A stretch of 64,000 nucleotides of DNA from positions 352,001 through 416,000 of the forward strand of contig CAVVXH010000010.1 in the NCBI GenBank assembly GCA_963752155.1, written 5' to 3'. A program made the translations under genes and the position numbers. This document shows positions 59,608 through 64,000 of this stretch, piece after piece. Origin of the DNA: an uncultured Parachlamydiaceae bacterium (GTDB lineage: Bacteria > Chlamydiota > Chlamydiia > Chlamydiales > Parachlamydiaceae). The number at the start of each line of letters is the position of its first letter. Positions within the stretch are counted from its first letter, which is position 1. A model generated the notes under the pieces. It had not been told where the DNA came from and did no database searches. It worked only from the letters and a program-made list of their open reading frames with translations.

Positions 59608-61832
59608 TACTCTGGTGTTCCCCCAATGTGAACAAGCTCTCGATAAAGTTCAGATGTTTCCTTAAGCTGTTGATGAGTTCCCCTAGCTACAATTTTTCCT
59701 TTATCCATGACGCAAATTTCATCGCAATTTTTTATGGTACTTAGACGGTGAGCGATCATTAAAATTGCGCATCCACGTTGAATAATATTCTTAAGGACAA
59801 GCTTTTCGATGTCGGCGTCTAGGGCGCTCGTGCATTCGTCAAGAACTAAAATGGTCGGATTTTTTAATAGTCCGCGGGCAATTTCTAGACGTTGCCTTTG
59901 GCCTCCACTTAAATTAATCCCATTGTCCTCTATTTCGAACTCATATCCCCCTCTTTTCGCCATGATATCGTCATGAATACAAGCATCTTCAGCAGCACGG
60001 ATGAGGGCTTTTTCTGATATAAGAGGATTTCGCAAGGATAGGTTTTCTTTGACAGATCCTTTAAACAGAAAAGGAGATTGTTCAATGTAGGCTAAAGAAG
60101 AGGTGAAACTATGGTTGGATAATTGGCTTAAGGGCTTTCCATCGAATAAAATTTCTCCTTTCCATGGGTGGATTAACCCAGCGACTAACGAGGCTACAGT
60201 GGACTTGCCGCAGCCGGAGATTCCAACTAGGGCAAGAGATTGTCCTGGTTGGATGGAAAAGCTGATATTATTAATTAAGGGTGGTTCTAAAAGGCTGTAA
60301 CCATAGGTGATATTCCTCACCTTAATTTGACCTTCAAGTTTTTCATAGGTATGTGCTTCTTTAGCGTTTTTATCTTCTTTTTCAAAGTCTATGTCTTGTG
60401 GATAGAGCATCAAATCATTGAATCTAAATAAATTGATTTTCAGTAACTGAATAATTTGAGTAAAATAAGTTAAGCGTATCATTGGGGCCATGAAACTAAT
60501 CAGTAAAATTTGCATTGAAACGAACATTCCGATGGTCATCCGATTATCTAAGACTTGAAAGCCTGAAATTCCTAATAAAGCCATCATGGTTAGAGCATTG
60601 ATGAAAATAGGAACTACGTGTAGCGAAATATCTTTTTTTTGAATATTTCTGAAAGCATTTGTAGCTGTGGTGTAGTATCCAGCCCAATTGGCAAAGTAAT
60701 ATTCCTCCATTCCCATCCCTTTAATTGTTTCGAGATTTTCTAACAACCCTAGAGAATATCCAATGTTTTTTCCTGAAGTAGCTTGGTAACGTGCGAGGCT
60801 GTCTTGTCGGAGGCGAAAAACGCGTTGTAAGAGCATTAAATTGATAAACCCTGCACAGAAGACGATTAAAGCAAATAGAGGACTGTAATAAGCGAGTGCA
60901 AGTCCATAGATGCTAATTAAAAAGAGATCTAGAACTGTGATGGCAAGCTCTCCGGTTAAAGAGTCAACGATTGGATCTATTAAAGAGATGCGATAGGCGA
61001 CTTCTCCGGGATATCGGTTATTAAAAAATTGAAATGGTAGTCTTAGCATATGCCAAAGAGCACTACTTGACATGCGTAAAGATAGTTTGGATTTAAGAAA
61101 TATTAAGATTCGTTCTTTCAAGAAGGATAGAATACCAATGAGAATCATTGCAAAGATAAGGCTGAGTAATAAAGCGTTGATAGGAACCGAGATTTCATTC
61201 GCAAGAACCTGATCGACAAAAATACGAGAAATTGCTGTGAGAAGTAGTGTCGGAACGACCATCCCTAGAGCTGTCAAAAAAATGAATAATAAAGGGAGCT
61301 TTGTTTTCTTGGTAAGAGCGTAGAGTAACTTGATAAAATTCGGAGGTTCTCCTGATTTAAGGAATTTTGACGATGGAGTTAGTTCAATAGCAAGCTTTGA
61401 AAACAATCTGTAAAAATCCTCGCTTGGGATAGAGTATGGGCCTACAGCAGGATCGTTAATATAGAAGCAGTCTTTTCCGTATCCTTCCAAAACAACAAAA
61501 TGTTCAAATTCCCAAAAAATAATCGCTGGGAGTGCTATGGATTTTACGTCATTGGGGTCGACAGAATATCCATGAGCTTCTAACTGATAGGATTTGGCCG
61601 CAGTGACTATGTTCCATCCATTACTCCCATCACGGGTGACATTGCATGCTCCGCGCAGCTCTTCGATAGATACAAATTTGCCATAATAAGCCAAAATGAT
61701 GGCTAGGCACACTGCTGAACACTCTGTGATTTCCAACTGGATGATTGTCGGTGTGATGACACGATAGTACTGAAATGTATCAAAAGAAATCGATTCGTCG
61801 AGATTTACTGTTTCATCGTTGTTTAGATTCAC
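59607..61832 (-). CDS. NHLP-family peptidase-containing ABC exporter (C39 peptidase, permease, ATPase)
   Basis: TPTIIQLEITECSAVCL (catalytic Cys), C.VTRDGS, HFVV, NDPA, GISGCGKS and LSGGQRQRLEIAR. Confidence 0.9.
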   Translation of the reverse strand: MNLNNDETVNLDESISFDTFQYYRVITPTIIQLEITECSAVCLAIILAYYGKFVSIEELRGACNVTRDGSNGWNIVTAAKSYQLEAHGYSVDPNDVKSIALPAIIFWEFEHFVVLEGYGKDCFYINDPAVGPYSIPSEDFYRLFSKLAIELTPSSKFLKSGEPPNFIKLLYALTKKTKLPLLFIFLTALGMVVPTLLLTAISRIFVDQVLANEISVPINALLLSLIFAMILIGILSFLKERILIFLKSKLSLRMSSSALWHMLRLPFQFFNNRYPGEVAYRISLIDPIVDSLTGELAITVLDLFLISIYGLALAYYSPLFALIVFCAGFINLMLLQRVFRLRQDSLARYQATSGKNIGYSLGLLENLETIKGMGMEEYYFANWAGYYTTATNAFRNIQKKDISLHVVPIFINALTMMALLGISGFQVLDNRMTIGMFVSMQILLISFMAPMIRLTYFTQIIQLLKINLFRFNDLMLYPQDIDFEKEDKNAKEAHTYEKLEGQIKVRNITYGYSLLEPPLINNISFSIQPGQSLALVGISGCGKSTVASLVAGLIHPWKGEILFDGKPLSQLSNHSFTSSLAYIEQSPFLFKGSVKENLSLRNPLISEKALIRAAEDACIHDDIMAKRGGYEFEIEDNGINLSGGQRQRLEIARGLLKNPTILVLDECTSALDADIEKLVLKNIIQRGCAILMIAHRLSTIKNCDEICVMDKGKIVARGTHQQLKETSELYRELVHIGGTPE

Positions 61833-61838
61833 ATCAGC

Positions 61839-63116
61839 TCACTTTTGTACAAATTGCTCTATGGGTAATAAATAGAAAATGGGACGTACTCTATTATATA
61901 TAACTTGAACCTCGTTAAGTTCTCCTGAATAACTACGCGATAATGTTTCCATAGATTTATCTGTGTAATTAAAATCAAAATTGGGTTCAATTAATACTAA
62001 ATTGACAGCTTTTGCACCGGAAGTTAAATAGTCGCTGAGGGCTTTATTATGAAAAGTGCGTAATAGATTTTCGCTTGATATGGGAAATTCGGAGATGCTT
62101 ATCACTTTTCCTTCTATGTAATTTACCCCTTTCAAGTGTCCCTCGCTGGGATAAATTTCAACTTTTTGTCCTCGATTGATCGTTTTTCCTTTTTCTGCTG
62201 GCAGATAGCCGTAAACGATTAAAGGATTGTCTTTTGAGAGTGGATATTCTAGCCAGATAATGGCTTGACCTGGTGTGACTTTATCACCCTCACTGACGAA
62301 CACTTCCAAAATGGACCCATCGGCGGGTGCATAAATATTAGCAAATTCAAGACCCTTTGCGATGAGGTCATGTTCCTCTTTAACTTTAAATAACTCATCA
62401 GTTTTCTCTTTGAGCTCTGTAGAGCGGTATCCTTTTAATAAACTTGCCTTTAAGTTTTCAACCTCAGCTTTGATTGTTTCTATTTCGATTAGAGATTGTC
62501 GAACCTTTCCTTCTTGCTCTCTTAAGACGATTGCGCTTATAAGGCCTTCCTTAAAAAGTCCACTTTTTTTTTCTAAATCTGCTTCAGCTGCTGCCAGGTT
62601 CTGTTCTTTTTGCTTGATTGTGTACTCTTTAGATTTAATATCTGATTCAATGCCTCCCTTGACAGCTTTTTCTTCTCTGGCAATTTCATCTTTTAATTGT
62701 TCTAAATGTTGTGTATAGCTTGTTAATTTTATTTCAGAAAGCTGAAGTTTAAGTTCTTCTTCGGGATTCGAAATTTCTGCAAGGAGGTCTCCTTTTTTGA
62801 CTAACATATTAGGCCCAGCACGCAGGTTTTTTATGATTCCTTCTTGTTTTGCTTGAATTGTATAGCCTCCATCAAGGCCCATAAAAATACCTTTCCCTGT
62901 AGCTTTTATCGGCATTGATCCAAAGAAAGCCCATGCAACAACCAGTAAAAGCACTGAAAAAATTCCTCCAAGGAGTATCCAAAAAGGAGAATTCACGACG
63001 ACTAGCAGTTCATCAAGTTGTTCCGGATGCCTTATTAATGAGGAAGAAGTCTCTTGAAGGGGAGGTTTTTCAGAAACATCTTCTTCGAAAATTTCATTCT
63101 TATTTATTCTAGGCAT
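61839..63116 (-). CDS. NHLM bacteriocin system secretion protein (HlyD-like membrane fusion protein)
   Basis: PEQLDELLVVV..W, WAFFGSMP....GKGI, coiled coil and IYAPADG..GDKV. Confidence 0.88.
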   Translation of the reverse strand: MPRINKNEIFEEDVSEKPPLQETSSSLIRHPEQLDELLVVVNSPFWILLGGIFSVLLLVVAWAFFGSMPIKATGKGIFMGLDGGYTIQAKQEGIIKNLRAGPNMLVKKGDLLAEISNPEEELKLQLSEIKLTSYTQHLEQLKDEIAREEKAVKGGIESDIKSKEYTIKQKEQNLAAAEADLEKKSGLFKEGLISAIVLREQEGKVRQSLIEIETIKAEVENLKASLLKGYRSTELKEKTDELFKVKEEHDLIAKGLEFANIYAPADGSILEVFVSEGDKVTPGQAIIWLEYPLSKDNPLIVYGYLPAEKGKTINRGQKVEIYPSEGHLKGVNYIEGKVISISEFPISSENLLRTFHNKALSDYLTSGAKAVNLVLIEPNFDFNYTDKSMETLSRSYSGELNEVQVIYNRVRPIFYLLPIEQFVQK

Positions 63117-63220
63117 GGTGGAGTCCTAATAGTGAGTAATAAATTTCACAATAGGATAAGAGTGCATTAAAAAAAATCACTTTATTGTTGAGTCTAACCC
63201 TCTTAATAACCAAAAAATTT

Positions 63221-63452
63221 CGCCCGCTAAACGTTCGTGCCCGAAAAATTTAGGGTATAAAGTATAGGAAAAATTAAACGCAAAGGCACGAAGGCACAAA
63301 GAGCACAAAGAGATCTTACGCGAAGAATCTTCAGTTTAAAGAAAAAATAGGTAAATTTTATACTTTACATGTAAGATCTCTTTGTGCTCTTTGTGCCTTC
63401 GTGCCTTTGCGTTTAATTTTTCCTATACTTATATCCCAATATCGCAGCATCT
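63221..63452. repeat. Family C half-element (63221-63250) abutting a full family B element (63251-63452)
   Basis: Arms match the 32.55-kb copy; the spacer is approximately the reverse complement of that copy's spacer. Confidence 0.9.
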
Positions 63453-63529
63453 CTAAGCAACCTGTTTTCATTGCGAAAGAATTCGGGAGCTGATAAGTGG
63501 AGCATATGAGTAATAAACATTGAGCATCT

Positions 63530-64000
63530 ATGTCATTTGTAGTTAAGCCAAAAAGAGCTCTCGAATTTATGAAGAACCAACCCTTGATGGAGGGGCTGAG
63601 TGACGAAGATTTGACAGAAATAGCTCCCTATCTTGAAATCTTATCTTTTGATCCTGGAGCAATTGTATTTCAAGAGGATGAATATTCTAATGACCTCTAT
63701 CTTATTTTGGAGGGTGAAGTCAACCTTTTGAAAAATGATGAAAAAAAACATCAGCAACTTTCAATTGGAAAATTAACGTCTGGGGATGTCTTCGGAGAGA
63801 TGTCTTTTTTGGATGACAGTCCCCGTTCTTGTAGTATTAAAACCAATTCGAATTTAATTCTTGTAAAGATTTCCAGAAAAGCCCTGGAGACCAGTCCTGC
63901 TTCCATTCAAGAAGTCTATGGAAAAATTCTTCGAAATATTACGAAAGTTGTCATTGAACGTCTTAGAGGCACAAATACGTTGATGATTAAAAATAAGAAT
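63530..64000 (+). CDS. Cyclic-nucleotide-binding protein (partial; runs off the window end)
   Basis: Manually translated PLMEGLSDEDL..GAIVFQED..DLYLILEGEV..GDVFGEMSFLDDSPRSCS. Confidence 0.88.
   Translation, partial: MSFVVKPKRALEFMKNQPLMEGLSDEDLTEIAPYLEILSFDPGAIVFQEDEYSNDLYLILEGEVNLLKNDEKKHQQLSIGKLTSGDVFGEMSFLDDSPRSCSIKTNSNLILVKISRKALETSPASIQEVYGKILRNITKVVIERLRGTNTLMIKNKN

Overview
AT-rich chromosomal segment of an environmental chlamydia (Chlamydiota, Parachlamydiales-like). Evidence for this: the long ~720-aa GreA, the chlamydial rpmH-rnpA / rpmJ-rpsN-Asp23 arrangement, the rsfS-fabF-NUDIX order, a PPi-dependent PFK and a DUF2608-like gene. Core genes (dnaX, ebfC, rdgB, greA, der, a Rep/UvrD helicase, nadD, fabF, nnr, gpsA, waaF, mutL) alternate with accessory genes. 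The accessory genes are an F-box/LRR/MORN effector-like protein, sodC, a two-component locus with two solute-binding proteins but no permease, a TPR chaperone plus small partner, an arylsulfatase, an archaeal-type ATPase, a decayed IS607 element, a cNMP-fused thioredoxin reductase and an NHLM/NHLP-type peptide export operon with a divergent cNMP-binding gene. At least four families of intergenic palindromic elements occur, often at accessory-gene borders, and one family brackets the effector gene. An orphan near-consensus promoter followed by about 300 nt of hairpins (38.6-38.96 kb) suggests an unannotated small RNA. Frameshifts in essential genes (rpsN, fabF, gpsA and others, about 27-41.5 kb) are probably assembly errors. 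No rRNA, tRNA or CRISPR array was recognised. All calls come from reading the sequence; no searches were run.
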